Below, piece after piece: positions 34,144-44,458 of a stretch of DNA of 52,411 bases. The stretch's first letter is position 1. Every line of letters starts with the position of its first letter. The notes below the pieces were generated by a model, which saw only the letters and a program-made list of their open reading frames with translations, was not told where the DNA came from and searched no databases. Origin of the DNA: Planctomycetota bacterium. Lineage in GTDB: Bacteria; Planctomycetota; JBFWNO01. Both the position numbers and the translations under genes were made by a program. The DNA is taken from assembly GCA_050251015.1 (NCBI GenBank), contig JBFWNO010000005.1, positions 1 to 52,411 on the forward strand, read 5' to 3'.

Positions 34144-34916
34144 TTCTTCCCCTCCTTCGCCTTACTCAAAAAATCCTCCATGCGCTTCATCTTGTCGGCG
34201 CTCTCGAAGAGGGCAGCCTGGGCGAAGACCGCGGCCGTGGAATCCGCGGCGTTTTCATCGCGGCTCATCACGCGCTTGGCGGCCGCCACGGCCTCGGGTC
34301 CCTGCTTGAGGATGCGGTCCACAATCGTGGCCGTGACCTCGTCGAGCTTGGCCGGCTCCACCACATGGTTGAGCAATCCCGCATCCAGGGCGCGCTGGGC
34401 ATCGATCCGGAGGCCGGAAAAGATCATCTCGCGCGCCAGGCCGCGGCCCACGATCTTGGGCAACCTGAAGGTGGCACCGGCCCCCGGCAGAATCCCCAGG
34501 CCCACCTCGGGCTGGGCGAAGAGGCTGTCGGTGGATCCGATGCGGATATCGCAGGCCAGCGACAGCTCCATGCCCCCGCCAAAGCAGAAGCCGCGGATCT
34601 TGGCCACGGTGGCAAAGGGGAAGCGGGCGATGCGGTCAAAGAGCCGGGCATTGATGGCTTCCAAGGCCTCGGGCGACTTCCGCGCCTTCAATTCGGCAAT
34701 GTCAGCGCCGGCCACAAAGGCCTTCTCCCCCGCACCCTGGAACACCAGCACACTGTGATCCGCCTCGTCCTCGAGGACATCCATCAGGGCATGAAGCTCC
34801 GTGACCATCGCCTTGTTGATGGCGTTGAGCTTGTCGGGGCGGTTGAGGGTGATGTCCACCCGACGGCCGGAGATGGCCACCAACAGTGTTTGGAATTTTG
34901 GAATGCTTATTGTCAT
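34140..34916 (-). CDS. Enoyl-CoA hydratase/isomerase (crotonase)
   Basis: LNRPDKLNA, FVAGADI, GGGMELSLACD and FAQPEVGLGILPGAG motifs with both catalytic Glu; start probably the ATG at 34916. Confidence 0.93.
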   Translation of the reverse strand: MTISIPKFQTLLVAISGRRVDITLNRPDKLNAINKAMVTELHALMDVLEDEADHSVLVFQGAGEKAFVAGADIAELKARKSPEALEAINARLFDRIARFPFATVAKIRGFCFGGGMELSLACDIRIGSTDSLFAQPEVGLGILPGAGATFRLPKIVGRGLAREMIFSGLRIDAQRALDAGLLNHVVEPAKLDEVTATIVDRILKQGPEAVAAAKRVMSRDENAADSTAAVFAQAALFESADKMKRMEDFLSKAKEGKK

Positions 34917-34927
34917 GTCATGTCTGG

Positions 34928-35000
34928 TGTAGGGGCGCACCGCAGTGCGCCCTTGTCAAACGGGACATCGGGAAAGGGCGCCGTGCGCGGCGCCCCTACA
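34928..35000. repeat. GTAG-type REP doublet (REPIN-like)
   Basis: TGTAGGGGCGCACCGCAGTGCGCCC ... GGGCGCCGTGCGCGGCGCCCCTACA: two inverted GTAG-plus-palindrome units. Confidence 0.75.
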
Positions 35001-35025
35001 CGGAACCATGAAAGTTCCGCCCTCC

Positions 35026-36486
35026 TCACATCGCCACCCACACCGACTTCGTCTGCGTGTAGAGGTCGAGGGCTTCCTTCCCGAGTTCCCGGCCGAAGCC
35101 GCTCGACTTGACGCCGCCGAAGGGCGAGCCGGGATGGAACATGTTGTAGGTGTTCACCCACACTGTGCCCGCCTGCAGGGCCGCCGCCACACGGTGGGCC
35201 TTGCCGGTGTTCTTGGTCCACACACCCGAGGCCAGACCGTAGCAGCTGTCGTTGGCCTGCGCGAGGGCATCGGCCTCGTCCTTAAAGCGGATCACCGAGA
35301 GCACGGGGCCGAAGATCTCCTCGCGGGCCACGCTCATGGAATTGGTCACGCCGGTGAGCACGGTGGGCTCCACAAAGTAGCCCTTCCCCCCCACCTTGCA
35401 GGACTTGCCCCCCACGGCGGCCGTGGCGCCTTCCTTCAGCCCTTTCTCAACGGCGGCCAGGATACTTTCCTGGTGGCCGCGGCTGACCTGGGGTCCGAGG
35501 CGGGTCTTCTCGTCCATGGGATCACCAGGCACATAGCGGCTCATCTTGGATTTGAGCACCTCGACAAAGGCGTCGTGGGCGCTGTCCTCGACAAACAGGC
35601 GCGAGCCCGCAGCGCAAACTTCACCCTTGTTGTAGAAGATCCCGGCGCAGGCCCCCTGGGCCGCGGCCTCAAGGTCCGCGTCGGCAAAGACGATGTTGGG
35701 GCTCTTGCCTCCGAGTTCCAGCGACACCTTCTTCACGCTGTCGGCGCAGGCATGCATGACTCTCTTGCCGGTCTCGGTGGAGCCGGTGAAGGCCACCTTG
35801 TCGACGCCGAGGTGCTTGAGCAGGGCCTCCCCCACCTCAGAGCCGGACCCGGACACCACGTTCACCACACCGGCGGGGAATCCCGCCTCCAGGCAGAGGG
35901 CCCCCAGCTTGAGGGCTGTCAGCGGCGTGAGCTCGGCAGGCTTGATCACCACCGTGCAGCCGGCCGCAAGCGCGGGCGCCAGCTTCCAGCAGGTCATCAG
36001 GAGAGGGAAGTTCCAGGGCACGATGAAGGCGCAGACACCCACCGGCTCTTTCAAGGTGTAGTTGATGAAGCCGGGATGCACCGGGATGCTCTCGCCGCCG
36101 ATCTTGTCGGCCCAGCCGGCGTAGTATCTGAGAAGCATCGAGACAAACGGGAGATCGACCTTGTAGCTTTCAAAGAAGGGCTTGCCCTGGTTGCGCGTTT
36201 CAAGCTCGGCGATCTCCTTGCCGTCGCGCTCCACCAGCTCGGCAAGCTTCCAGAGGGCCTTGGCCCGTCCGGCCCCGCCCATCTTCCTGTAGTCCTTGCC
36301 GTTGAAGGCCGCGCGGGCGGCCGCCACGGCCGCATCGGCATCGGCCGCCGTACCCTTGGCAACCTCGCACCAGACCTCCTCTGTGGCGGGGTTGACGAGC
36401 TTGGAGAGCGCGCCGCCCGAGGCCGCCTTCCATTCGCCGCCGATCAGGAGTTGGGTGTGCTTGAGTTGCATGAGGGGTTGGGTCAT
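35026..36486 (-). CDS. Aldehyde dehydrogenase
   Basis: IVPWNFP, KPAELTP, FTGSTETG, LELGGKSP, catalytic Cys in GEVCAAGSR and EEIFGPV. Confidence 0.95.
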   Translation of the reverse strand: MTQPLMQLKHTQLLIGGEWKAASGGALSKLVNPATEEVWCEVAKGTAADADAAVAAARAAFNGKDYRKMGGAGRAKALWKLAELVERDGKEIAELETRNQGKPFFESYKVDLPFVSMLLRYYAGWADKIGGESIPVHPGFINYTLKEPVGVCAFIVPWNFPLLMTCWKLAPALAAGCTVVIKPAELTPLTALKLGALCLEAGFPAGVVNVVSGSGSEVGEALLKHLGVDKVAFTGSTETGKRVMHACADSVKKVSLELGGKSPNIVFADADLEAAAQGACAGIFYNKGEVCAAGSRLFVEDSAHDAFVEVLKSKMSRYVPGDPMDEKTRLGPQVSRGHQESILAAVEKGLKEGATAAVGGKSCKVGGKGYFVEPTVLTGVTNSMSVAREEIFGPVLSVIRFKDEADALAQANDSCYGLASGVWTKNTGKAHRVAAALQAGTVWVNTYNMFHPGSPFGGVKSSGFGRELGKEALDLYTQTKSVWVAM

Positions 36487-36541
36487 ACGAGAGTCCTTTG
36501 TAGCGGCATTTTAACCCGCCAAGGTCCTGCACACTCTTCAA

Positions 36542-36624
36542 CTCCCGCCCCCGGAGGGGGAGGGTTGGGGAGGGGGCTACCGCAGTTCACCCCCCACCTC
36601 ACCTCCCCCCGTTGGGGGGAGGGA
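36542..36624. repeat. Inverted doublet of C/G-tract palindromic repeats (REP-like)
   Basis: CTCCCGCCCCCGGAGGGGGAGGGTTGGGGAGGGGG ... CCCCCCACCTCACCTCCCCCCGTTGGGGGGAGGGA: two head-to-head units, each with an internal hairpin. Confidence 0.6.
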
Positions 36625-36640
36625 TAGAGAGGGAGATGGC

Positions 36641-38047
<1,407 letters not shown>

Positions 38048-38048
38048 C

Positions 38049-39713
38049 TTAGGTCCTCCTCCAGTTGAATTCGGCATTTGTGGGCTTGCCATAGCTTGTC
38101 AGGGCACCCTTTTCACCGGTGGCGTTGGGGCGGGTGAAAATCCAGTTCTGCCAGGCCGAGAGGCGCCCGAAGATCCGGGTTTCCATGGTCTCGGGGCCGG
38201 CGAAGCGCAGGTTGGCTTCCATGCCGGTGAGGGCGTCCGGTGAAAGGCTGGCGCGCTCCTCGATCTGCACACGCACCTCGTCGTCCCAGTCGATTTCGTC
38301 AGGGATCTCGGTGGTGAGCCCCAGGGCCTCGGCTTCCTCGGCATTCAACGGCTTGCCTTGGGTGGCCAGCACCGCATCCACCGCTTTCTTGTCTTGGTAG
38401 AAGCGGTTCTCGAGTCGCGAGAGGCCATGACCCATCGGGAAGATCCCGCCATTGAGTTCGCTCGTGGCCAGGGCATTGCCTTTCACATTCTGCATGTAGA
38501 TGCGGTCGCCGGTGAGGGCCATCTCCAGCAGGGCGCCCCCAAAGCAGCTGCCCGGAAGCACCAGGGTGTAGAAGGTGCGGGCGGTGACATCGAGCATCTT
38601 GAGAACCCGGCCCTGCATCAACAGGACCTCGCGGACAAACCAGTGGTTTCTCTGGGCCCACAGATTCTTGTCGAGCTCCAGCTGAGCCTTCAGGTCGCCC
38701 TGGGTCTCGAGCGTGATGCAACCCACATCCTCGTAGTTGAACCGGAGTTGGTAGAGGGCATCCGCCAGCTCACGCCACATCCGGAGGGCATACCATCCGC
38801 TTCCCAGCGAACAGGGATCAGCAGGGATCTTGGCATCCGCGGCGCTGGGGCCCTTCACGAGGATGGAGGCCGTGCGCTTGATGGTGTCGACCTTGAGGGT
38901 CACCGAGCCGTATTCGAAGGTGTCGCCGGAGATTGTGCAGTGGAAGGGATCCAGCTTCACGCCCTTGGGGGTCTTGCCGTTCACGTCGGGGAGAGTCTTC
39001 GCCAGTTCATTGAGGCGGGCGGTGACGGCGGCATCGAATCCCGAGGCCGGATGCACGGCATCCACCAGCTTCCAGTCCACGGCCTTCTTTCCCTTGATGC
39101 CTTCGGCCAGGGTGCAGAACACATCGGCGTGGTCACGGCGGACCTTTCTCTTGTCGACCAAGCGGGTCAGGCCGCCGGTGCCGGGAAGCACGCCAAGGTA
39201 GGGCACCTCGGGAAGGCTGACGGAACTCTTCTTGTCGTCCACCAGATGGATCTCAGCGCACGCCAGGGGCATCTCATAGCCGCCACCCGAGGACACGCCC
39301 TTCAAGGCCGCCAGCCAGTATTGGCCGCTTTTGCCGGTGCACTCTTCAATGTTGTTGCGGGTCTCGTTGGTGAACTTGCAGAAGTTGACCTTGTGGCTGT
39401 GGCTGGAGAGTCCCAGCATGAAGATGTTGGCGCCGGCCGAAAAGACGTTGTCCTTGCCGCTTTGCACGCAGACCACCTTCACCTCGGGGTGCTCAAAACG
39501 CATCCGCTGCACGAGGTCGTGGAGTTCGATGTCGACACCCAGGTCGTAGCTGTTGAGCTTGAGCTTGTATCCGGGCTTGAGGGTGGCATCCTCGTTCACA
39601 TTCCAGATGGCCCGGGCAATGGGGCCTTCATACTTCACCGACCAATGTTTGTAACGGGAAGGATCGGTGTTGAAGTCGATACGGGTTTGGGATTCGAGAG
39701 CGGCTTGAGCCAT
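38049..39713 (-). CDS. boxC: 2,3-epoxybenzoyl-CoA dihydrolase
   Basis: LKLNSYDLGVDIELHD, KVNFCKFTNETRN, VSLPEVP, SPDALTGMEANLRF and ETRIFGRLSAWQNWIF; start at the ATG at 39713. Confidence 0.95.
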   Translation of the reverse strand: MAQAALESQTRIDFNTDPSRYKHWSVKYEGPIARAIWNVNEDATLKPGYKLKLNSYDLGVDIELHDLVQRMRFEHPEVKVVCVQSGKDNVFSAGANIFMLGLSSHSHKVNFCKFTNETRNNIEECTGKSGQYWLAALKGVSSGGGYEMPLACAEIHLVDDKKSSVSLPEVPYLGVLPGTGGLTRLVDKRKVRRDHADVFCTLAEGIKGKKAVDWKLVDAVHPASGFDAAVTARLNELAKTLPDVNGKTPKGVKLDPFHCTISGDTFEYGSVTLKVDTIKRTASILVKGPSAADAKIPADPCSLGSGWYALRMWRELADALYQLRFNYEDVGCITLETQGDLKAQLELDKNLWAQRNHWFVREVLLMQGRVLKMLDVTARTFYTLVLPGSCFGGALLEMALTGDRIYMQNVKGNALATSELNGGIFPMGHGLSRLENRFYQDKKAVDAVLATQGKPLNAEEAEALGLTTEIPDEIDWDDEVRVQIEERASLSPDALTGMEANLRFAGPETMETRIFGRLSAWQNWIFTRPNATGEKGALTSYGKPTNAEFNWRRT

Positions 39714-39789
39714 GAAGGTCCCCTTTGTTGCCCGGCGCACACCGGGAATGAATGAATCAGATTTGGATTATCAAGGACAAGAATGAGGG

Positions 39790-39847
39790 TCACAATGTAA
39801 AAATGAAATATTTATTTAATATTAAATTTTAAGTGTTCACAATATAA
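39790..39847. promoter_or_regulatory. AT-rich boxC upstream region with palindrome and direct repeats (putative operator)
   Basis: Perfect palindrome ATTTAATATTAAAT (39814-39827) flanked by TCACAATGTAA (39790-39800) and TCACAATATAA (39837-39847). Confidence 0.55.
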
Positions 39848-39860
39848 TTTAATTTTAAAC

Positions 39861-40352
39861 TTAACTTGATTTTAGACGCCGGCCGTAGATTTCCAAATCC
39901 CGGCGGATGCCCGCCATATTAGCCACCGCCGGCAAGTGCCCCCACCTTTCAAAACCATGATTCTTGAAGAGGCGAAGGCTCGGTTCATTGTGTCCAAAGA
40001 TCAGGGCAACAAGATTCTCGATTCCCAAGGTTGGCGCCTCAAGAACGGCCTGCTTCAAGAGATCCTGGGCCAGACCCCGACGCCTGAACTTGGGATCCAC
40101 ATACACCCCTACCTCGGCCGTGATCTCATAGGCACAGCGGGGATGAAAATTGGAAAGGGAGATCCAGGCCGCCACCTCACCCTCCACATCGCAGACCCAG
40201 AGAGGCCTTTTCTCACCGTGTTCCCTGAACCAGGAACGGCGGCTCTCCACCGTGGCCTCGCTCAGGTCCGCCGTAGCCATCCTGTCGGCGATACTCGCGT
40301 TGTAGATCTCCACAATACGCGGAAGATCCGATTCAAGGGCGAGGCGCATCAT
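39861..40352 (-). CDS. GNAT N-acetyltransferase, phosphinothricin/methionine-sulfoximine (YncA-like) family
   Basis: IVEIYN, TAEVGVYV, RRRGLA and HNEPSLRLFKNHGFERWG motifs. Confidence 0.9.
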   Translation of the reverse strand: MMRLALESDLPRIVEIYNASIADRMATADLSEATVESRRSWFREHGEKRPLWVCDVEGEVAAWISLSNFHPRCAYEITAEVGVYVDPKFRRRGLAQDLLKQAVLEAPTLGIENLVALIFGHNEPSLRLFKNHGFERWGHLPAVANMAGIRRDLEIYGRRLKSS

Positions 40353-40392
40353 TCAGACGGCTTCTGCCGATCACGCCCTGACAGATTCTGGC

Positions 40393-41295
40393 TCACCATT
40401 TTCGTTGCCTCCAAAAGGGATGGCCAACGGGCTTCTGCTGGGGAGAGGGGCTCCTCAGCTCCAAGGGGAGCTTCTCCCACCAGAGATTCACATCCACTCC
40501 GGCCCCTTCCACCGGATAGGCCGACATCAAATTGCCCAGGGCCCGGCGGGCCTGGCTGGCAAGCTCGGGATCCGTCCCTCCGGCGACCTCAAGAAGCAAG
40601 GGACAGGCCCTTAGATCACGCAAACGATCAAGAGCTTCAACGGCGACGGGGCGCTCACTGGCCGTGCCATGACCTGCCAGCGTGATAATGCGGCTCATCT
40701 GGTCGTCGGATGGAATCAGGCGTTGGCCCCTGTAGGCCACATTGCCGAGGGCCCACATGGCCGCCCAGTGGGCCGCCTCCACATCACTGTCGAGCATGCT
40801 GCCCATGTCCTCCATGAAGGCCTCATCGATCCCCTGGGGATCCACCGCCTCCATATCCTCGATATACGCATTGAGCGTGTTGTAAAGATCATTCTTGATG
40901 CTGTTGAATTCCTCGGACCCGGGCTTGAGATTCCTCAAGGAGTCCACCATCGACTTCATGGTGCGGCGTGAGGATCCGCGATCGAATGGTGTGGCCTGAC
41001 CCTGCATAGGGTTGATCGTGGAGACCTCGGTTTCTTCTGCACCCACCCCAGGTCTAGGAGTCACCACTTTCACTTCATCCTGGGTTTCGGACTCTGGAAC
41101 CTTCGACAGTGGGTGCTCAATGACAGCCACTTGGCGCTGGGGAGTCTCCGTCTCTGTCCCCGATGGGGTGGGGTTGGCGGGCATCATGGCCACCACCTGA
41201 ACCTCATGGCCCTCTGCATCCGGCTCGACACCCAATAGAACATACACGGCAGCCCCTGCACCCAAAGCCATCAAGAGAAATCGGTACACGTTCAT
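40393..41295 (-). CDS. Membrane-anchored/exported HEAT-repeat protein
   Basis: GAGGGAGG SD before the ATG at 41295; N-terminal hydrophobic segment, Pro/Glu/Thr linker, HEAT-like helices (AAMWALGNV, AVEALDRL, ARRALGNL) and a terminal WW. Confidence 0.7.
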   Translation of the reverse strand: MNVYRFLLMALGAGAAVYVLLGVEPDAEGHEVQVVAMMPANPTPSGTETETPQRQVAVIEHPLSKVPESETQDEVKVVTPRPGVGAEETEVSTINPMQGQATPFDRGSSRRTMKSMVDSLRNLKPGSEEFNSIKNDLYNTLNAYIEDMEAVDPQGIDEAFMEDMGSMLDSDVEAAHWAAMWALGNVAYRGQRLIPSDDQMSRIITLAGHGTASERPVAVEALDRLRDLRACPLLLEVAGGTDPELASQARRALGNLMSAYPVEGAGVDVNLWWEKLPLELRSPSPQQKPVGHPFWRQRKW

Positions 41296-41376
41296 GCAGC
41301 CTCCCTCGTCATGACACTGGCATAATCCATGCCATCCCATTCATATGTTTTGGATGACCTGGGAGGTTGTTTTGTT

Positions 41377-41805
41377 TCATTGTGTTACCTCCCATGGCTG
41401 CACCCTCCCTTTTTTAAGCAAAAAAAGAGGATGCGCCGTCATCTTCGCTTGCCTCCATCTCCGGAAATCTGCAGGTGAACGTTTTCGGAGTTTTCGCCCA
41501 AGGTGTTGCCATTCGTAGAGAAGCTGGCCTCGGGTCGCGGGCAGGGTTTTGATTCGGGCGACTTGGCGGGCCTTTCTGACATCGAAACGATACCCCCTAT
41601 GGCTGGCCTCCTCCCACACCACCCTCAAAAAAAAGGCGATGGCCTTCCTCGGGAACGGATGCTCTCGAAAACGGATGAGTTGGGGGTGATGGCGATAACC
41701 CCGGGTTTTTCCCGCCAGCACCTTCTTGGCCAGAAGCCCTTCCCGCCACAGGGCCACCAAGCCCTTGGCATCAAGGTGTTTGGGATGTACGGTCCACAGG
41801 CGCAT
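41377..41805 (-). CDS. Pyrimidine dimer DNA glycosylase/endonuclease V family protein
   Basis: MRLWTVHPKHLDAKGLVALWREGLLA, GYRHHPQL, EASHRGYRFD and GQLLYEWQHL motifs. Confidence 0.9.
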   Translation of the reverse strand: MRLWTVHPKHLDAKGLVALWREGLLAKKVLAGKTRGYRHHPQLIRFREHPFPRKAIAFFLRVVWEEASHRGYRFDVRKARQVARIKTLPATRGQLLYEWQHLGRKLRKRSPADFRRWRQAKMTAHPLFLLKKGRVQPWEVTQ

Positions 41806-41810
41806 GAACC

Positions 41811-41817
41811 TATGATA
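41811..41817. promoter_or_regulatory. Overlapping bidirectional -10 element TATGATA
   Basis: Plus strand TATGAT-agctcc-ATG(41823); minus strand TATCAT-aggttc-ATG(41805); the intergenic gap is only 17 bp. Confidence 0.7.
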
Positions 41818-41822
41818 GCTCC

Positions 41823-42521
41823 ATGCCCACCCCCCTTGGCCACAGCCTTGCCGGACTCATCCTGGCCAAGGCCTTATCGCCCCGCGGCGAAAAAATTCCT
41901 TGGCCTCTGATGGCGGGAGCCGTGCTGGTGAGCCTTGCCCCGGATGGCGACAATCTCCCCGTCAAACTCTATGGCATCGACACATGGCATCGGGAATGGA
42001 CCCATGCCCTGGCCGTGGCCCCGGCGGCGGGTCTAGCTTGTGCCCTGCTGGCCCTGCCCTTCAACAGGAGTCCTGTGGGGAGAGCCTTTGTTCTCGGCCT
42101 CTTGGCCTGGGTGGCCCATATCGGTCTCGACTGCCTTTCCTCGCTGACAGGGCCGAAACTTCTGTTGCCGTGGAGCGATGAACGCTTTCTCTCACCTCTT
42201 CATCTCCTTCCCGTTGTGGAGCCGCATATCGGAAGTCTTTTCTTCAATGCCGTCGGCGTGCTCTGCGAGACCCTGATCTTCGGATTGCCCCTGCTGGCCC
42301 TGATGGACCGCCGCTCAACACGTCGGGGGCCGGGCTGGGGCCTGGCCTGGATATTCTGGGCCATGATCCTCATGGGCTCTTACCGCCAGGGGGAGATACG
42401 GATGTCTCTCTTTGGCAGAGATGGCACCCAGGAAGGTGCCATGCCCTGGTACGAGAAGAACCTCGACCAACTCACACCCCTGCACTGCGCCCTTTTTATC
42501 GAAGCGGCGCCCCCGACTTGA
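41823..42521 (+). CDS. Metal-dependent membrane hydrolase (YdjM-like)
   Basis: MPTPLGHSL, LAPDGD, HREWTHAL, AHIGLD and LLLPWS motifs with TM helices. Confidence 0.88.
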   Translation: MPTPLGHSLAGLILAKALSPRGEKIPWPLMAGAVLVSLAPDGDNLPVKLYGIDTWHREWTHALAVAPAAGLACALLALPFNRSPVGRAFVLGLLAWVAHIGLDCLSSLTGPKLLLPWSDERFLSPLHLLPVVEPHIGSLFFNAVGVLCETLIFGLPLLALMDRRSTRRGPGWGLAWIFWAMILMGSYRQGEIRMSLFGRDGTQEGAMPWYEKNLDQLTPLHCALFIEAAPPT

Positions 42522-42522
42522 T

Positions 42523-42987
42523 CTAGGCCTTCGATCCGGCCATCGCGAGGATCTCCCGGAAATGCACCCCCGACACCGGCTGTACGCTCAGGCGCGAACC
42601 GCGCGCGGCCACCATGATGTCCTTGAGTTTTGGATTGGCTTTGATCGCATCAAGCCCCACCACTTCCTTGAACCCCTCGACAAACTCCACATCCACACAC
42701 ATCCAGATGGGCTCTTCCTTTGTGGACTTGGGATCAAAGTGTTCGTCCTTCTTGTCGGTGGCCGTGGGATCGGCATGGGCCTTCCTCACCACACGGCACA
42801 GCCCCGCCACTCCAGGGGGTTCGGCATTGGAATGGTAGAACAGGCAGAGGTCCCCCACCTTCATCAGGTCCCGCATCGTGTTGCGAGCCTGGTAATTGCG
42901 CACCCCCGTCCAGGCCGTGCACTTGTCGCGCTTGAGGTCGGCGATGGAATAGGAAGTCGGCTCGCTCTTGAGGAGCCAGTGGTTCAC
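42523..42987 (-). CDS. EVE domain-containing protein
   Basis: WLLKSEP, WTGVRNYQARN, FYHSN and SRLSVQPV motifs. Confidence 0.95.
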   Translation of the reverse strand: MNHWLLKSEPTSYSIADLKRDKCTAWTGVRNYQARNTMRDLMKVGDLCLFYHSNAEPPGVAGLCRVVRKAHADPTATDKKDEHFDPKSTKEEPIWMCVDVEFVEGFKEVVGLDAIKANPKLKDIMVAARGSRLSVQPVSGVHFREILAMAGSKA

Positions 42988-43826
42988 GCGTTCCAGCCCC
43001 CGTGCTCCATGAGAAGAAGCTCGACTGTCTTCCAGGCCCTGCGCGCAGCGTCGTCCATGTTGCGGCCCTTCACGCGGATCTGGCGCGGGCCCAAACGCTG
43101 GACATCGCAGTAGGTCTCGGCCTTGTCGGCCATGTCTTGGCGGTGAAGAGTGATGTCAAAGTTGACGGCGCCCTTGAAGCGGAAAACCTTGGCCTTCTTC
43201 CTGCTAAGCACGGCCTTCTTGGCTGCAGCACGGATCAGGGGGAGCGTTTCAGCCGGAGGCAGGCAGATCGCACAGGTGGTGCTGATGGCTTTCTTGAGCA
43301 CGGCGGTTTCCACCCAGGGCAGAAGTTTTTTGCTTTCGCGCGCCAGGGCATCGTCTCCGGCCACCATCACCACGGGCACCCCATAATGGCCGCAGACGGC
43401 CGCGTTCAGGCCCGTTTCACCCACCAAGGTGCCGTTGAGATGCACGGCATGGATCAGCACTCCCGCCCATGTGTGGGACAGGATACCCCTGCGGGTGCCG
43501 GCCATGGCGTGGTAACCCACAAAGAGGGCGCAGTCGAATTGTCGGTCGATCCCCTCCGTTTGGCACAGATGCTTTCCCGAGGCCGGACCCTTCACCAGGC
43601 GCACGCCCTTAGGCAGCGACTCGATGAGGATGTTGCGCATGCCGGCGTGGCCCTCGCAGACCACCACTTCCCTGGCGCCCGCCTCAAGGGCGCCCTCGGC
43701 CGCCGCGACCACATCGTCCGTGAGGTATTTGCGGGCGCGTTCATACTCCGGACGCCCCTGCAACAGGGAATCCGAGTGCACCACCCCCGTAACCCCCTCC
43801 ATATCGGCGCTGATGAAGACCTTCAC
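42984..43826 (-). CDS. D-aminopeptidase, peptidase family M55 (DppA-like)
   Basis: ISADMEG, EGHAGMRNI, VGYHAMAG, LSHTW and VAGDD motifs. Confidence 0.93.
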   Translation of the reverse strand: MKVFISADMEGVTGVVHSDSLLQGRPEYERARKYLTDDVVAAAEGALEAGAREVVVCEGHAGMRNILIESLPKGVRLVKGPASGKHLCQTEGIDRQFDCALFVGYHAMAGTRRGILSHTWAGVLIHAVHLNGTLVGETGLNAAVCGHYGVPVVMVAGDDALARESKKLLPWVETAVLKKAISTTCAICLPPAETLPLIRAAAKKAVLSRKKAKVFRFKGAVNFDITLHRQDMADKAETYCDVQRLGPRQIRVKGRNMDDAARRAWKTVELLLMEHGGWNA

Positions 43827-44458
43827 GGTTCCTCGGCACCCTTCTTTTCATAGAAGCGCGAAAACCTGAGACCCTTGATGTTGTAGACGGGCTTGCGCTC
43901 GGTCGTCAGCACCGACCAGCCCTTCTGGTGATTGGCCTGGGCTTTTTCTTCATCGCGCATCGATGAGAGACCGTCGATGGCCGTGCACCAGACATCGAGC
44001 TTCTCCACCCTGATGGAGACCAACAGGTCGACAAGCCTGTCCATCTCGATGCCCTTGATGTCGGGCACCACCACATATTCCTCTGTGGTGGAGGCCCCCA
44101 CCGAGGATTTCTTTTTGCCGAAATTTTCATTGAACCGGACGTTCTTCTTCTGGCACAGCGTCTTCACTTCCTCGCGGATGTCGCGCTTGCCCACGTCGCG
44201 GAAGCGCTTGCGGTAGACTCGCCGGGTGAATTCGGGCGTGGTCACGCCGCCCAGTTCCTCCCTCACGTTCTCGTGGGCCCTGATGAGGGAAGCCTGGTTG
44301 GAAGCCTGGCGGCGGATCCAGAGATTCCAGCCCAGAAGAACAACGCAGAGAATGGCCAGCAGCACGATGCTGAAGCGGACATCGTCGACCTTCTTCTGGA
44401 GCTTCTCGGCGTGGGTGAGCTCCTTGGGCTTCTCGGGTTTTGCCTTGGTTTCGGCCAT
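43823..44458 (-). CDS. Bitopic membrane protein, possible GspM/PilO-like
   Basis: Single TM, then coiled coil and GIEMDRLVDLLVSI; directly downstream of the GspL/PilMN-like gene. Family call is inference from context. Confidence 0.55.
   Translation of the reverse strand: MAETKAKPEKPKELTHAEKLQKKVDDVRFSIVLLAILCVVLLGWNLWIRRQASNQASLIRAHENVREELGGVTTPEFTRRVYRKRFRDVGKRDIREEVKTLCQKKNVRFNENFGKKKSSVGASTTEEYVVVPDIKGIEMDRLVDLLVSIRVEKLDVWCTAIDGLSSMRDEEKAQANHQKGWSVLTTERKPVYNIKGLRFSRFYEKKGAEEP

Noticed and set aside
34945-36627. 560-aa plus-strand ORF (and similar 465-aa ORFs at 36671-38068 and 38358-39755)
   Set aside because: Antisense shadows of ALDH, boxB and boxC, expected from high-GC codon bias; no recognisable motifs.
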